Numbered from the stretch's first letter, positions 10,587 through 21,134 are shown. The stretch: 64,000 bases of DNA from an uncultured Chloroflexia bacterium (GCA_963812115.1 CAWEUD010000043.1:123535-187534); one strand, 5' to 3'. The notes: generated by a model not told the origin, from the letters alone. Translations and numbers: made by a program.

Positions 10587-11727
10587 CTTCTCTGGCTGAC
10601 AGCGATCGGTCGTGCTGCCGGCTTCCGTCGCTCCGCGCCTGCGGGCTGGGCGCGAAGGCACGCAGGGCGCGGACGGTCGACCTGCCGCTCGCCAGCGATG
10701 CGTCCTCGGCGATCAGCCGCTCGTAGACATCGAGATAGGCCGCGGCCATGGCGCGGACGTTGAACCGACGCTCGGCGGCGGCCCGCACGAGGCGGCGATC
10801 GAGTCCGATCACGTCGGGAAGCATCCGGACGGCTTCCTCCACGGTGTCGACGACCGCGCCAGAGACGCCCGGCTCCACGACCTCCGGCACCGAGCCGTGG
10901 CGGAAGGCCAACACCGGTGTGCCTCGGGCCATGGCCTCGACCATGACGAGGCCGAAGGGCTCCGGCCAATCGATCGGGAAGAGCAGGGCTGCCGCGCCGC
11001 CGAGGAATTCGTCCTTGCCCTCCTCGCCGATCTCGCCGACGAACTCGACGCCGGCGGCACCGAGCCTGGGCTCGATCTCCGCAGCGAAGTACGCGGCGTC
11101 CACGGCGTCGACCTTGGCGGCGATCTTCAGGGGAATACCGGTCGAGCGGGCGATCTCGATCGCGCGGTCGACGCGCTTCTCGGGACAGATGCGACCCAGG
11201 AAGGCGAGGTATCGGCCCGATTCGAAGCGTGGCTCGATGGCATCCATAGGGAGGCCGTGCGGAACGGTCGCACGCCACTGCAGCCAGGGCACCGGGGCGC
11301 GTTGGGCGTCCGAGATGGAGACCATCCGGGCCTCCCGGAACTCGGCGAAGAGGCGTTGGTAGTGCGGCAGATCCATACGGCCGTGCATGGTGGTGATCCA
11401 CGGCGTCGAGGAGCGGCGCATCAACGGCAGGTGAAGGGTGTCGAGGTGGAAGTGGATCAGGTCGTAGGCATCGGCGTCGGCGAAGACGCGCTCCACCTCG
11501 AGCATGTGCTCTGTCAGGTCGTCGCCGCCCTCGGGATCCAGCCGCAGGGCACGCTCGCGAGTGGCGATCAAGCGCGCCGTGGTCGTTGTGTCGCCGCTTG
11601 CGTACAGGGTGACGTCGTGCCCCTGCCGAACCAGCTCCTCTGTCAGATAGTGAACGACGCGTTCGGTGCCTCCATACGTCTTCGGTGGAACGCTCTCGAC
11701 GAGCGGTGAGACCTGCGCGATTCTCAT
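10567..11727 (-). CDS. Glycosyltransferase family 4 protein
   Basis: 386 aa with a GT-B fold GT4 signature (EPFGLVMVEAMARGTPVLAFRHGSVPEVV). Paired with the GDE-family gene. Confidence 0.85.
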   Translation of the reverse strand: MRIAQVSPLVESVPPKTYGGTERVVHYLTEELVRQGHDVTLYASGDTTTTARLIATRERALRLDPEGGDDLTEHMLEVERVFADADAYDLIHFHLDTLHLPLMRRSSTPWITTMHGRMDLPHYQRLFAEFREARMVSISDAQRAPVPWLQWRATVPHGLPMDAIEPRFESGRYLAFLGRICPEKRVDRAIEIARSTGIPLKIAAKVDAVDAAYFAAEIEPRLGAAGVEFVGEIGEEGKDEFLGGAAALLFPIDWPEPFGLVMVEAMARGTPVLAFRHGSVPEVVEPGVSGAVVDTVEEAVRMLPDVIGLDRRLVRAAAERRFNVRAMAAAYLDVYERLIAEDASLASGRSTVRALRAFAPSPQARSDGSRQHDRSLSAREDDAVPL

Positions 11728-11908
11728 ATCCCCCTGGTCAGCTCCATGCGGTTCGGCGATGAGGCGTATGGCATGGCGCGTGCCAGTTGCATCGCGTCGC
11801 GCGAGAGGACCGCCCCGATCCCGTGGTAGCCTTCGACGGCGACCCGGTCACGGTCTCGCACCCACGTCGGACCGCGCTCATTCGCCCCCGAAGGCCGAGG
11901 AAGACTGT

Positions 11909-13217
11909 CGTGCCCCACGTCCCAATCGAACGACACCAGCTGAGGAACGGGCTGCGCGTCGTGCTCTCACGCGGCGACCTGGCGCCGATCGTGGCGGTGA
12001 ACCTGTGGTACGACGTCGGCAGCAAGCACGAGAAGGCAGGCAAGACGGGGTTCGCCCACCTCTTCGAGCACATGATGTTCCAGGGCTCCGAACACGTCGC
12101 CAAGGGTGAGCACTTCGCCCTGGTGCAGGCCGCGGGAGGGACGCTCAACGCATCGACCTGGCTCGACCGCACCAACTACTTCGAGACGCTCCCGAGCCAC
12201 GAGCTGGAGCTCGGGCTCTGGCTCGAGGCTGACCGCCTCGCCTCGCTGCTGCCGGCGATGACCCAGGACAAGCTCGACAACCAGCGCGAGGTCGTCAAGA
12301 ACGAGCGCCGCTGGTCGGTCGACAACCAGCCGTACGGGACCTGGGACGAGAAGATCCAGGAGCTCGTCTACCCGGACGGGCATCCCTACCACCACTCGAC
12401 CATCGGCTCCATGGACGATCTCGACGCGGCGAGCCTGAGGGATGTCTCCGACTTCTTCGCGACGTACTACGCCCCGAACAACGCCGTGCTCACCGTGGCC
12501 GGCGACTTCGAGCCGGTCGCCGCCCTGGCGATGATCGAACGACACTTCGGACCGATCCCCGCCAACGCCTCGCTGCCGCCTGCCCCAGCCATGGAGGTGA
12601 CCCCACGCATCGGGCGTGAAGTTCGGGAGGTCGTCCACGACCGGGTCCCGCTTCCGCGCGTCTATCTCGCCCACCGCATGCCGGTCTTCGGCACCGATGA
12701 GTTCGAGGCGCTCATGGTCGCCGCCGATCTGCTCGGCTCCGGTCGTGCCTCGCGGATGTACCGCAGTCTCGTCAGGGAGCGGCAGCTGGCTGGCGACGTC
12801 AGCGTCTTTCCCTTCCCGATCGTGGGCGGTGCGTCGATGTTCACGCTCTGGGCCACGGCGCGCGAGGGCATCGAGGCCGATGCGCTCGAGGCCGCCCTGC
12901 TGGCCGAGATCGACCGCCTCGCGGCCGATGGTCCGTCCGACGAGGAGCTGGAGCGCGTCCGCAACCTCCATGCAGCGTCGGTGGAGTCGAGCCTGGAGCG
13001 GATCGCGGAGCGGGCCGATCGGATCTCGATGTACACCTGCCTCTTCGACGATCCGGACCGCATCAACAGCGAGGTGAGCCGCTACCTGGCGGTCGATGCG
13101 GAACGGGTCGTGGACGCGATGCGCGAGACGCTTCGGCCAGACAACCGGCTGGTCCTGACCTACCTGCCCGTCGCCGCGGAGCCGGGCGAGATACGTTCCG
13201 AGGAGGTGGTCACATGA
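11909..13217 (+). CDS. M16 family zinc peptidase (insulinase-like; active subunit with HxxEH)
   Basis: Inverted zinc-binding motif HLFEHMMFQG. The start is set at a GTG preceded by GAGGAAG. The N-terminus of the longer ORF 11787.. is low complexity. Confidence 0.85.
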
Positions 13218-14569
13218 GCCTGGCACCCAATCCGCTGCGGCCGACGCCAGGTGCACCGCGGCCGTATCGCTTCCCGGAATTCGACCGACGTCGGCTGCCG
13301 AACGGCCTGACGGTCTGGTCGGTCTCACTTCCCGGCGCCACCATGGTCAACGCTCACCTGCTGGTCGACGGCGGCGCTGCGGCGGAAGACGAGGAGCACG
13401 CGGGCGTCGCCTATCTGACCGCTCAGATGCTCACCACCGGAACGCGGCGACTCGACGCGTCCGCCTTCGCCGAGGCGACCGAGCGGCTGGGGATCGAGGT
13501 CAGCTCCGAGTCCAGCTGGGACTCCGCGCGGGCGGCGTTCCAGTCACTCCCCGAGCACCTGGAGGAAGGCTTTGGGCTGCTCGCAGAGATGATCCTGGAG
13601 CCCCGGTTCGACCCCGCGGAATTCACGCGGCTGAAGGCGGAGCGGCTGAACGACATCCTCCAGTCGCGGGCGGATCCCGGGCGATTGGCCGAGGAGATGT
13701 TCCTGCGCCACGTCTTCGATCCCGAGACCCCCTACCGGCGGCTCTCGGCCGGCACGCCGGAGAGCATCGCCGCCGTCACCCTCGACGACGTGCGAGCGCA
13801 CCACGCGGCGCACTGGCAACCGGGACTCGCGCACCTGATCGTGGCCGGAGCGGTCGATCCGGAGACGATCGAACGGCTGGCGCAGATGCGGCTCGGCGCC
13901 TGGGATGGCACCGGACCGGGGCATCGGACCTTCGAGACGCGGCCGGCCGGCGGCCGCCGGGTGGTCATCGTCGACCGTCCCGGTTCGGTCCAGAGCGAGC
14001 TGCGCATGGGGCATCCGGGCATCTCCCGCACATCGGATCGCTACTTCCCGGCCATGGTCATGGCGGCCATGCTCGGCGGCGTCTTCGGCTCGCGGCTCAA
14101 CATGCGACTTCGCGAGGAACTCGGCTACACCTACGGCGCCCGCGCGGGGTTCGATGCGCGCCGCGCGGCCGGTCCCTTCTCTGCAGCGGCCGCCGTGCAG
14201 ACCGAGGTGACCGCCGATGCGATGCGCGAGATGTTCGCGCAGCTGGAGCGGGTCAGGGCGGCCGCTCCGGAACTCGCGGAGCTTCGCGAGGTCCGTGACT
14301 TCCTGATCGGTGTGTTCCCGCTCCGCTTCGAGACGACCGGCGGTGTCGCCACGGCCATCGAGCCACTCGCCATCTACGGGCTGCCCGACGACTACTGGCA
14401 GACCTATCGTCGGCAGATCGAGGCGGTCGGACCGGACGACGTCGCCGCGGCCGCGCGGGACCTCATCCGTCCCGACGCTCTCCTCATGCTGGTGACCGGC
14501 GACGCCGCGCGCATTCGGGACGAGATCGAGGCCGCGCAGCTCGCCGAGGTGGAGGTGGTCAGCGCCTGA
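13214..14569 (+). CDS. M16 family peptidase, non-catalytic partner subunit (no HxxEH)
   Basis: 451 aa, M16-like throughout. ATGA overlap with the upstream M16 gene. Confidence 0.8.
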   Translation: MSLAPNPLRPTPGAPRPYRFPEFDRRRLPNGLTVWSVSLPGATMVNAHLLVDGGAAAEDEEHAGVAYLTAQMLTTGTRRLDASAFAEATERLGIEVSSESSWDSARAAFQSLPEHLEEGFGLLAEMILEPRFDPAEFTRLKAERLNDILQSRADPGRLAEEMFLRHVFDPETPYRRLSAGTPESIAAVTLDDVRAHHAAHWQPGLAHLIVAGAVDPETIERLAQMRLGAWDGTGPGHRTFETRPAGGRRVVIVDRPGSVQSELRMGHPGISRTSDRYFPAMVMAAMLGGVFGSRLNMRLREELGYTYGARAGFDARRAAGPFSAAAAVQTEVTADAMREMFAQLERVRAAAPELAELREVRDFLIGVFPLRFETTGGVATAIEPLAIYGLPDDYWQTYRRQIEAVGPDDVAAAARDLIRPDALLMLVTGDAARIRDEIEAAQLAEVEVVSA

Positions 14570-14581
14570 CGCGCACCCGCT

Positions 14582-16039
14582 TCAGGCGTCGTCGCGTCGC
14601 GGCCATCGGAGCAGGAACACCGCCGCCGGCGCGCGCTCCTCGAGCCGGACGATGCCACCCTGCGCCTCCATGGCGGCGCGGACGAGGTACAGGCCCAGGC
14701 CAAGGCCGCGACCGGAGTTCACGCGCTCGATGAAGAGGTGCTCCGCGACGTCGTCGCTCACCCCTGGGCCGGCGTCCCGCACCCGCAGCTCCGGTGCCAC
14801 GCCACTGCTGATCTCGACCGCGATCGGCTCGCCGTCGGTGGAGTAGCGATCGGCATTGGTGAGCAGGTTGGTGAGCGCCTGCTGGGTCAGCTGGAGATCG
14901 CCGACGACCAGCGGCTCGCCGCTGACGCTGATCTCCACCTCGCGGTCACTGCCGCTCGCCCGCAGCCGCTCCACGGATGCGGACGCGGCCTCCCGCAGGT
15001 CGAATGGCTGCAGATCGGCCTCGAGGCGGCCGGCCTCGGCGCGGGAGAAGAGCTCGAGGCGGTCGAGGATGGCGATGGCCGCGTCGACCGACTCCAGCGC
15101 GCGCTGGGCGTGCGACGAGGCGCCGGAGACGGCCGTGGTCGCGCGCGCGCCCAACTCGATGCGGGCCTTGGCCACGGCCAGCGGGTTCCGCAGCTCGTGG
15201 GCGACGAAGCTCGCGAAGCGAGAGAGTCGGCGGCGTTCGTCGACCTCCTTGCCGACATCTCGGAGGAGCAGCACGCAACCGCCGTCGGGGACCGGCGTCC
15301 CCTCGACGTCGACCAGCAGGTCCTTCCCGGACATCGGTAGGCGAATGATCATGCGGCGCCTGGTGACGGCGTCCCGGGCTTGCACCTGCGGCCAGTCGTC
15401 CATCGACAGCGGTTGCCCACGGTCGTCGCGCGGTTCCGCGAGACGACCCCACTCGTCCAGGGGACGGTCGTAGAAGCTGCGGCCGAAGGTGCGCAGCGCG
15501 GCGCGGTTCGCGTAGGTTCCCCTTCCATCGGCGGCGTAGACGATGAGCGGCTCCGGGATCGCCTCGGCCACCTCCTCGAGCCGCGTGCGCTCTCGCTCGA
15601 CCTGCTGCAGCGCGTTCTGCAGATCGCGTCGCGCCTCGTCGGCGGCGCTCCGCTCGCGATTCGCCATCTGCTCGGCGGCGACACTCATGTCCCGGGCCAG
15701 CCGGCTCTCGGTGTGCTGGCGCTCAGCGCGCATGGCCAGCAGGACGATCATCGGCGCGCCGACGACGAACAGGGTCACGCGCGCCAGGTTGGCAGCGCTC
15801 ACCAGCTCGTTCTGGACGACGATCCCCTGGGCGATCAGCGACCCGCCAGCGATGGCGTAGGTCGTGACGGCGGCGGCCGGTCCCAGCGTCAGACCGACGA
15901 GCGCGACCGCGAGCAGCGGCAGCACGGCGAACGTCGACTCCCCTGTCATCTCACCGAGCACCGCCCCGCCTGCGGCGGCCAGGGCGCCAAAGGCCACCCC
16001 GGTCAGGATGCGACCGACGCCGGTGCCGCCCAGGCTCAC
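14582..16039 (-). CDS. Sensor histidine kinase: multi-TM N-terminus, coiled coil, PAS-like, HisKA, HATPase
   Basis: C-terminal HisKA motif (FASFVAHELRNPL) and HATPase motifs (N box LTNLLTNADRY, G boxes). The proposed start is a GTG at 16039 that overlaps the TGA of the upstream J-domain gene (GTGA). The 330-aa Arg/Ala-rich extension of ORF ..17038 is rejected because it overlaps the J-domain CDS. No response regulator is adjacent. Confidence 0.8.
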   Translation of the reverse strand: MSLGGTGVGRILTGVAFGALAAAGGAVLGEMTGESTFAVLPLLAVALVGLTLGPAAAVTTYAIAGGSLIAQGIVVQNELVSAANLARVTLFVVGAPMIVLLAMRAERQHTESRLARDMSVAAEQMANRERSAADEARRDLQNALQQVERERTRLEEVAEAIPEPLIVYAADGRGTYANRAALRTFGRSFYDRPLDEWGRLAEPRDDRGQPLSMDDWPQVQARDAVTRRRMIIRLPMSGKDLLVDVEGTPVPDGGCVLLLRDVGKEVDERRRLSRFASFVAHELRNPLAVAKARIELGARATTAVSGASSHAQRALESVDAAIAILDRLELFSRAEAGRLEADLQPFDLREAASASVERLRASGSDREVEISVSGEPLVVGDLQLTQQALTNLLTNADRYSTDGEPIAVEISSGVAPELRVRDAGPGVSDDVAEHLFIERVNSGRGLGLGLYLVRAAMEAQGGIVRLEERAPAAVFLLRWPRRDDA

Positions 16040-17238
16040 GGCGAGGAGGCTCCGACCGCGGCCAGCTCCTGCCTGCCGTCGCGGCGACGCGCCTCGCGCT
16101 GCTGCCGGACGCGAGCACGGGCAAGGCGCTGCCGCGCGGCCCCGATGCGTCGGATCGGGTCTCCACCGATGCGCCGCCGATCGAGCGCCTCCGGATGCTC
16201 CCCGCGCGCAATCGCCGCCAGCAGCTCGGAGGCCCGGTCGAGCTGCCCCGCTTCGGTCAGCAGCTGCACCACGCTGAACCAGCGCGAGGCTTCGCGCACG
16301 GGCTCCCGACTGACCCGTTCCACGAGCTCGGCGGCGCGGCCGGGGTGGCCGGCACGACGGTGGGCGGAGATCGCTGCCCGGACGTCGGGGAAGCTGGCCT
16401 CCATCCCGAGCGCCTCGACGAAGTTCAGCAGCAGCTCCGCCGCCTCCGCCCGGTCCTCGGGCCTGCCGCGGCGCACGCGCTGGTCGCGGAACTCGGCGAG
16501 GAGAGCGCGCAGCTCGCGATCGACCCAGCGACGCGGAGGGCTCTCGGGCGTATACCGCTGCGCCATCTCCCGAAGGAAGCCCACGCCCCGCAGGTACGAG
16601 CCAGTGAACACGTACGCCTGGCGCATGCCGGCGCGGACGAGCGTCTCGTAGCCGCCGTCCAGGCGGAGCAGGCGCTCGAGCGTCCCCAGCCAGTCGTCGT
16701 AGCGGCCGCGTTCGCGATAGTACCCGGCTGCGTAGCGCAGCCAGTAGTGCTCGGCATGCTCGCGCCAGTCCTCGCCGGCGATGTGGTGTTCCACGATCCA
16801 GGCGCCCTGCTGCGCCGGGCCGGCCATGAAGACGTCGGCCGGGACCCGGAAGCCGGCCACGTTCCGCCACTGCGGCTGGTGCCAGCGGCTCGGCCGATCG
16901 GGCTGGATGAGTCGCGGCCGGGCGCGCGCGCGGGACGGCTCGTGGGGCTCGAGTGGCCATGGCAGCGTCGCTGCCTGTCCGCGCTCCAGGGCGTGATCGT
17001 AGTGCAGCCGGCGCAGGGGGTCGCGCAGCTCCGCCCACGCGCGGTTGAGGATCGACGTTCGCCGCGTCGCGAGGCCACCGGCAGTGCTGCGATCGGGATG
17101 GTGCCGCAGGACCGCCTCGCGGAACGCGCTCCGCAGCTCGTCGACGGTCGCGGACGGCTCGGCCCCCAGCACAGCGTAGAAATCGCGCTGCTCGAGCTGC
17201 GCGTCCCGACCCTCGTCGCCCACGGATCCACCGACCAT
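16036..17238 (-). CDS. J-domain (DnaJ N-terminal domain) protein with a large alpha-helical/TPR-like C-terminal domain
   Basis: J-domain signature DFYAVLGAEPSATVDELRSAFREAVLRHHPDR near the N-terminus. The ATG at 17238 is internal to the longer ORF 16036..18069, whose upstream part is antisense to cphB. About 400 aa. Confidence 0.7.
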   Translation of the reverse strand: MVGGSVGDEGRDAQLEQRDFYAVLGAEPSATVDELRSAFREAVLRHHPDRSTAGGLATRRTSILNRAWAELRDPLRRLHYDHALERGQAATLPWPLEPHEPSRARARPRLIQPDRPSRWHQPQWRNVAGFRVPADVFMAGPAQQGAWIVEHHIAGEDWREHAEHYWLRYAAGYYRERGRYDDWLGTLERLLRLDGGYETLVRAGMRQAYVFTGSYLRGVGFLREMAQRYTPESPPRRWVDRELRALLAEFRDQRVRRGRPEDRAEAAELLLNFVEALGMEASFPDVRAAISAHRRAGHPGRAAELVERVSREPVREASRWFSVVQLLTEAGQLDRASELLAAIARGEHPEALDRRRIGGDPIRRIGAARQRLARARVRQQREARRRDGRQELAAVGASSP

Positions 17239-17304
17239 CGGATGAGCATACGACGCCCGCTCCACGTTCGCCTCGCCACCGCCATTGGGTATGCTGCCGG
17301 GCAC

Positions 17305-18297
17305 ATGGCCGCCCAGTCTCGCCCCGGCCGTGCCCGCGCCGGGCACCTGCTGATCATCGGAGGCGCGGAGGACAAGCTGCGTCAGCGGCAGATCCTCTCC
17401 CGCTTCGTCGCGCTCGCCGGCGGCGGCGACGCGCGTATCGCGGTCATCTCGACGGCATCCTCCCTCGGCGACGAGGCGACCGACCTCTACCAGTCGCTCT
17501 TCCACCAGATGGGCGTTCCCGACGTCCGCGGCCTCCGCCCCCTGACCCGCGACGAGGCGAATGACGCAGAGGTCTGCGGTGCCCTCGACGACGCGACGGG
17601 AATCTTCATGACCGGCGGCAACCAGCTTCGCCTCTCGAGCGTGATCGGGGGCACGGCGCTCGGACGCGCCATCGTGGAACGGCACCGGCGCGGCTGCATC
17701 GTGGCGGGCACCAGCGCCGGCGCCTCGGCGATCAGCAGCCATATGGTCGCCTTCGGTACCAGCGGGCCGACCCCGAAGCAGCGCATGACGCAGATGAGCG
17801 CGGGACTGGGGCTCCTGCCGGGCGTGATCATCGACCAGCACTTCGAGCAGCGGAACCGCCTTGGACGCCTGCTCGCCCTGGTGGCCCAGTCGCCCGCCCT
17901 GCTGGGGATCGGCATCGACGAGGACACGGCAGCCCTCGTGTCGCCCGCGGGCGTGGTGGAGGTCATCGGCAAGGGATCGGTCATGATCCTCGACCCGGCC
18001 CGGATCCAGACCGATGCCTACGAGGTCAAGCGCCATCGACCGATGATGATCAGTGGCGTGGTCCTCCACTCACTGCCTTCAGGCTACCGGTTCGACCTGC
18101 GCAAGCGTCGCCTGCTGGCGCCGCTGCGTCCGGTCTCGGCCAGCGAGCGGGAGCTCGCCCAGCTAGACCGTGCCGGCGCGGTCACGCGTCGGCTCATCCG
18201 CCGCATCGCCGCGGAGGGCGCGGACGATACGGCCCCCGAGCGCGCCCGGCGTCGCGAGCTCTACGCTCGTCGCAAGGAAGAGGAGGCGAGCGAGTGA
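17305..18297 (+). CDS. cphB: Cyanophycinase (peptidase S51)
   Basis: 330 aa from the ATG at 17305 with S51 cyanophycinase motifs (HLLIIGGAED, IAVISTASS, catalytic-Ser region GTSAGASAI). The upstream part of ORF 16195..18297 is antisense to the J-domain gene. Confidence 0.85.
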   Translation: MAAQSRPGRARAGHLLIIGGAEDKLRQRQILSRFVALAGGGDARIAVISTASSLGDEATDLYQSLFHQMGVPDVRGLRPLTRDEANDAEVCGALDDATGIFMTGGNQLRLSSVIGGTALGRAIVERHRRGCIVAGTSAGASAISSHMVAFGTSGPTPKQRMTQMSAGLGLLPGVIIDQHFEQRNRLGRLLALVAQSPALLGIGIDEDTAALVSPAGVVEVIGKGSVMILDPARIQTDAYEVKRHRPMMISGVVLHSLPSGYRFDLRKRRLLAPLRPVSASERELAQLDRAGAVTRRLIRRIAAEGADDTAPERARRRELYARRKEEEASE

Positions 18298-21134
18298 CAT
18301 CGGGCCGCTCGCGCTCGAAGACGCCGAGGCCGATCTCGCGTGCCTCGGTCGCCAAGGCCGAAGCCGGGAAAGGGCGGCGCGCGCGGTCGTCGCCGGCGGC
18401 GAGCCTGCGCATCCTCGAGACGCGCGTCTACCGCGGCCCGAACTACTGGAACTACGAGCCCGCGATCAAGCTCATCGTCGACCTGGGCGTGCTCGAGGAC
18501 TTCCCTTCCAACACGATTCCCGGCTTCGTCGACGGCCTGCTCGACATGCTCCCCGGCATCGGGCAGCACTCGTGCTCCACGGGCAAGGCGGGGGGCTTCG
18601 AGCAGCGGCTGCGCGAGGGAACGTGGGCCGGGCACGTTGCCGAGCACATCGCCCTGCAGCTGCAGCGCGACGCAGGCACCGAGGTTGGTCGTGGCAAGAC
18701 CCGCAGCACCGGGGAGCCCGGACGCTACCACGTCGTCTACTCGTACGCGGAGGAGTCCGTCGGCCTGGCAGCCGGTCGCCTCGCCGTCCGAACCGTCAAC
18801 CACCTCGTCGAACCCGACCCCGACTTCGACTTCGTCGCCGATTTCGAGCGGCTCGTCCTGCTCGCCGAGCGCGCTGCGTTCGGACCCTCGACGCAGTCGA
18901 TCCTGGACGAGGCCGCGCTGCGCGACATCCCCTCCATTCGGCTCAACGAACAGTCGCTCGTGCAGCTGGGCCACGGGGTCCACCAGCGCCGGATCCGCGC
19001 CACCATGACCAGCCAGACCAGCTCGCTGGGCGTCGACATCGCGTCGGACAAGAAGCTGACGAACAAGCTGCTCGGCGGCGCCGGCGCCCCCGTGCCGCGC
19101 GCCAAGGTCGTGGGCAGCGAGGAGGACGCAGTCGCGGCGGCGATCAGCATCGGCTTCCCGGTGGCGGTCAAGCCGCTCGACGGCAACCACGGGCGCGGCG
19201 TCATGCTGAACCTGTCCGACGAGGGCGCCGTGCGAGCCGGCTACGCACACGCTCGCTCGGAATCGCGCCGCGGCGGCGTGGTGGTCGAGACGTTCCTGGC
19301 AGGCAATGACTACCGCTGCCTCGTCGTCGGCGGCACGCTGCGAGCGGTGGCACAGCGGGTGCCGGCCCACGTCGTCGGCGACGGCGAGCACTCGCTGAGC
19401 GAACTGGTCGAGCAGACCAACCTCGACCCGCGACGCGGCATCGGCCACGAGAAGGTCCTGACCCGAATCAAGGTCGACGAGGAATCGATCTCCTACGCCC
19501 GCGAGCAGGGGTTCGAGCTGAGTGACGTGCCCCCGCGCGGCGTCCGTGTCTTCCTCAAGCGCACCGGCAACATGAGCACCGGCGGGATCAGCATCGACCG
19601 GACAGAGGAGATCCACCCCGACAACGCCGAGATCGCCGAGCTGGCCGCGCGGGTGGTCGGGCTCGACATTGCCGGCATCGACTTCATCTGTCCGGACATC
19701 AGCGTCCCGGTGCGGGAAACCGGCGGCGGGATCGTCGAGGTCAATGCGGCGCCCGGGTTCCGGATGCACACCCACCCGACCGAGGGCGAGGCGCAGTACG
19801 TGGCCAAGCCGGTCATCGACATGCTCTTCCCGCCGGGTTCGCCATCGCGGATCCCGATCGTGGCGGTCACCGGCACGAACGGCAAGACGACGACGGCCCG
19901 GATGATCGCCCACGTCATGAAAGGCATGGGCCGCAAGGTCGGCATGACCTCCACCGATGGGATCTTCGTGGACGGACGGCCGGTGCGACGTGGTGACATG
20001 TCCGGGCCGCGCTCCGCCTCGACCGTGCTGCAGAACCCGAACGTCGACTTCGCCGTCTTCGAGGTGGCACGCGGCGGCATCCTGCGCGAGGGCCTCGGCT
20101 ACCAGCGCAACGACGTGGCGGTCGTCCTCAACGTGACCGGCGACCACCTTGGGCTGGGCGGGATCACCTCGCTGCGGCAGCTCGCCGCGGTGAAGCAGGT
20201 GGTCGTGGAGGCGGTCCCCCGCGACGGCGTGGCGGTGCTCAACGCCGACGACCCGCTGGTTGCGCCGATGGGGCGCCACTGCTCCGGCTCGGTGATCTAC
20301 TTCAGCATGAACGCCGAGAACGAGCTGGTGCGCCGTCAGGCCTCGCGCGGCCGGCGTGCCGTCACCCTCGAACCCGGTCACAACGGGGAGATGATCGTCC
20401 TGCGCCAGGGCCGCAAATCGATGCCGCTGGTCTGGACCCACCTCCTGCCGGCGACCTTCGAGGGCAGGGCGCGCATGAACGTCCAGAACGCACTTGCGGC
20501 GACGGCCGCGGCGTGGGCCGCCGGGGCACACCTGCACGACATCCGACAGGGCCTGCGGACCTTCACGACCAGCTACTTCATGGCGCCCGGCCGCCTCAAC
20601 GTGTTCGAGCTGGACGGCTACCGCGTGGTCGTCGACTACGCCCACAATCCGCCGGCGGTCGCGGCACTGGGAGAGTTCGTCGATTCGATGGCCAGGCCGT
20701 CGCCGGGTGGCAGCCGGCCGCTGGTGACGGGACGGCGGATCGGCGTCATCGCCACCGCGGGCGACCGGCGGGACGAGGACATCGTGGAGCTCGGCAGGAC
20801 GGCCGCGCGCTACTTCGACACGATGATCGTCCGCGAGGACGCCAATAGCCGCGGCCGCGCGCCCGGCGATACGGCTGCGCTGATCGAACGCGGCGCGCGC
20901 GAGGCGATGAGCGACGGAGCCCGCTGCGCGGAGGTGACCACCATGCTCGATGAGCTCGAAGCCACCCGCCACGCCCTGGACATGGGATCCGAGGGCGACA
21001 TCGTGGTGGTCTGCGTCGACCACGCCAACGACGTCTGGAAGGAACTGCAGCATCGACAGCACGGCGGATCGAGCGCTGGTGCCCCGGGCTTCCGGGCAGT
21101 GACCGGCCTCGCCGAGTCGGAGGTCGAGCTCTAG
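18294..21134 (+). CDS. cphA: Cyanophycin synthetase CphA (complete N, ATP-grasp G and Mur-ligase M domains)
   Basis: 946 aa: N domain (LRILETRVYRGPNYWNYEPAIKLIVDL), ATP-grasp (AVKPLDGNHGRGV, EVNAAPG), M domain P-loop VTGTNGKTTTARM. The GTG start overlaps the cphB stop (GTGA) and is preceded by GAGGAGG. Confidence 0.9.
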   Translation: MTSGRSRSKTPRPISRASVAKAEAGKGRRARSSPAASLRILETRVYRGPNYWNYEPAIKLIVDLGVLEDFPSNTIPGFVDGLLDMLPGIGQHSCSTGKAGGFEQRLREGTWAGHVAEHIALQLQRDAGTEVGRGKTRSTGEPGRYHVVYSYAEESVGLAAGRLAVRTVNHLVEPDPDFDFVADFERLVLLAERAAFGPSTQSILDEAALRDIPSIRLNEQSLVQLGHGVHQRRIRATMTSQTSSLGVDIASDKKLTNKLLGGAGAPVPRAKVVGSEEDAVAAAISIGFPVAVKPLDGNHGRGVMLNLSDEGAVRAGYAHARSESRRGGVVVETFLAGNDYRCLVVGGTLRAVAQRVPAHVVGDGEHSLSELVEQTNLDPRRGIGHEKVLTRIKVDEESISYAREQGFELSDVPPRGVRVFLKRTGNMSTGGISIDRTEEIHPDNAEIAELAARVVGLDIAGIDFICPDISVPVRETGGGIVEVNAAPGFRMHTHPTEGEAQYVAKPVIDMLFPPGSPSRIPIVAVTGTNGKTTTARMIAHVMKGMGRKVGMTSTDGIFVDGRPVRRGDMSGPRSASTVLQNPNVDFAVFEVARGGILREGLGYQRNDVAVVLNVTGDHLGLGGITSLRQLAAVKQVVVEAVPRDGVAVLNADDPLVAPMGRHCSGSVIYFSMNAENELVRRQASRGRRAVTLEPGHNGEMIVLRQGRKSMPLVWTHLLPATFEGRARMNVQNALAATAAAWAAGAHLHDIRQGLRTFTTSYFMAPGRLNVFELDGYRVVVDYAHNPPAVAALGEFVDSMARPSPGGSRPLVTGRRIGVIATAGDRRDEDIVELGRTAARYFDTMIVREDANSRGRAPGDTAALIERGAREAMSDGARCAEVTTMLDELEATRHALDMGSEGDIVVVCVDHANDVWKELQHRQHGGSSAGAPGFRAVTGLAESEVEL

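Noticed and set aside
8325-10763. Plus-strand ORFs 8325..9605, 8410..8802, 9589..10287 and 9720..10763, and the minus ORFs 8377..9363 and 9659..10522
   Set aside because: All are antisense or out of frame relative to the clearly homologous GDE-family enzyme and have low-complexity translations.
15380-16651. 423-aa plus-strand ORF inside the histidine kinase and J-domain genes
   Set aside because: Antisense to two recognisable genes. Pro/Arg/Ala-rich with no motifs.
16040-17038. N-terminal 330-aa Arg/Ala/Pro-rich extension of the histidine kinase ORF (14582..17038)
   Set aside because: It overlaps the J-domain protein CDS on the same strand in another frame and has no TM or domain content. 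A GTG at 16039 overlapping the upstream stop gives a sensible kinase.
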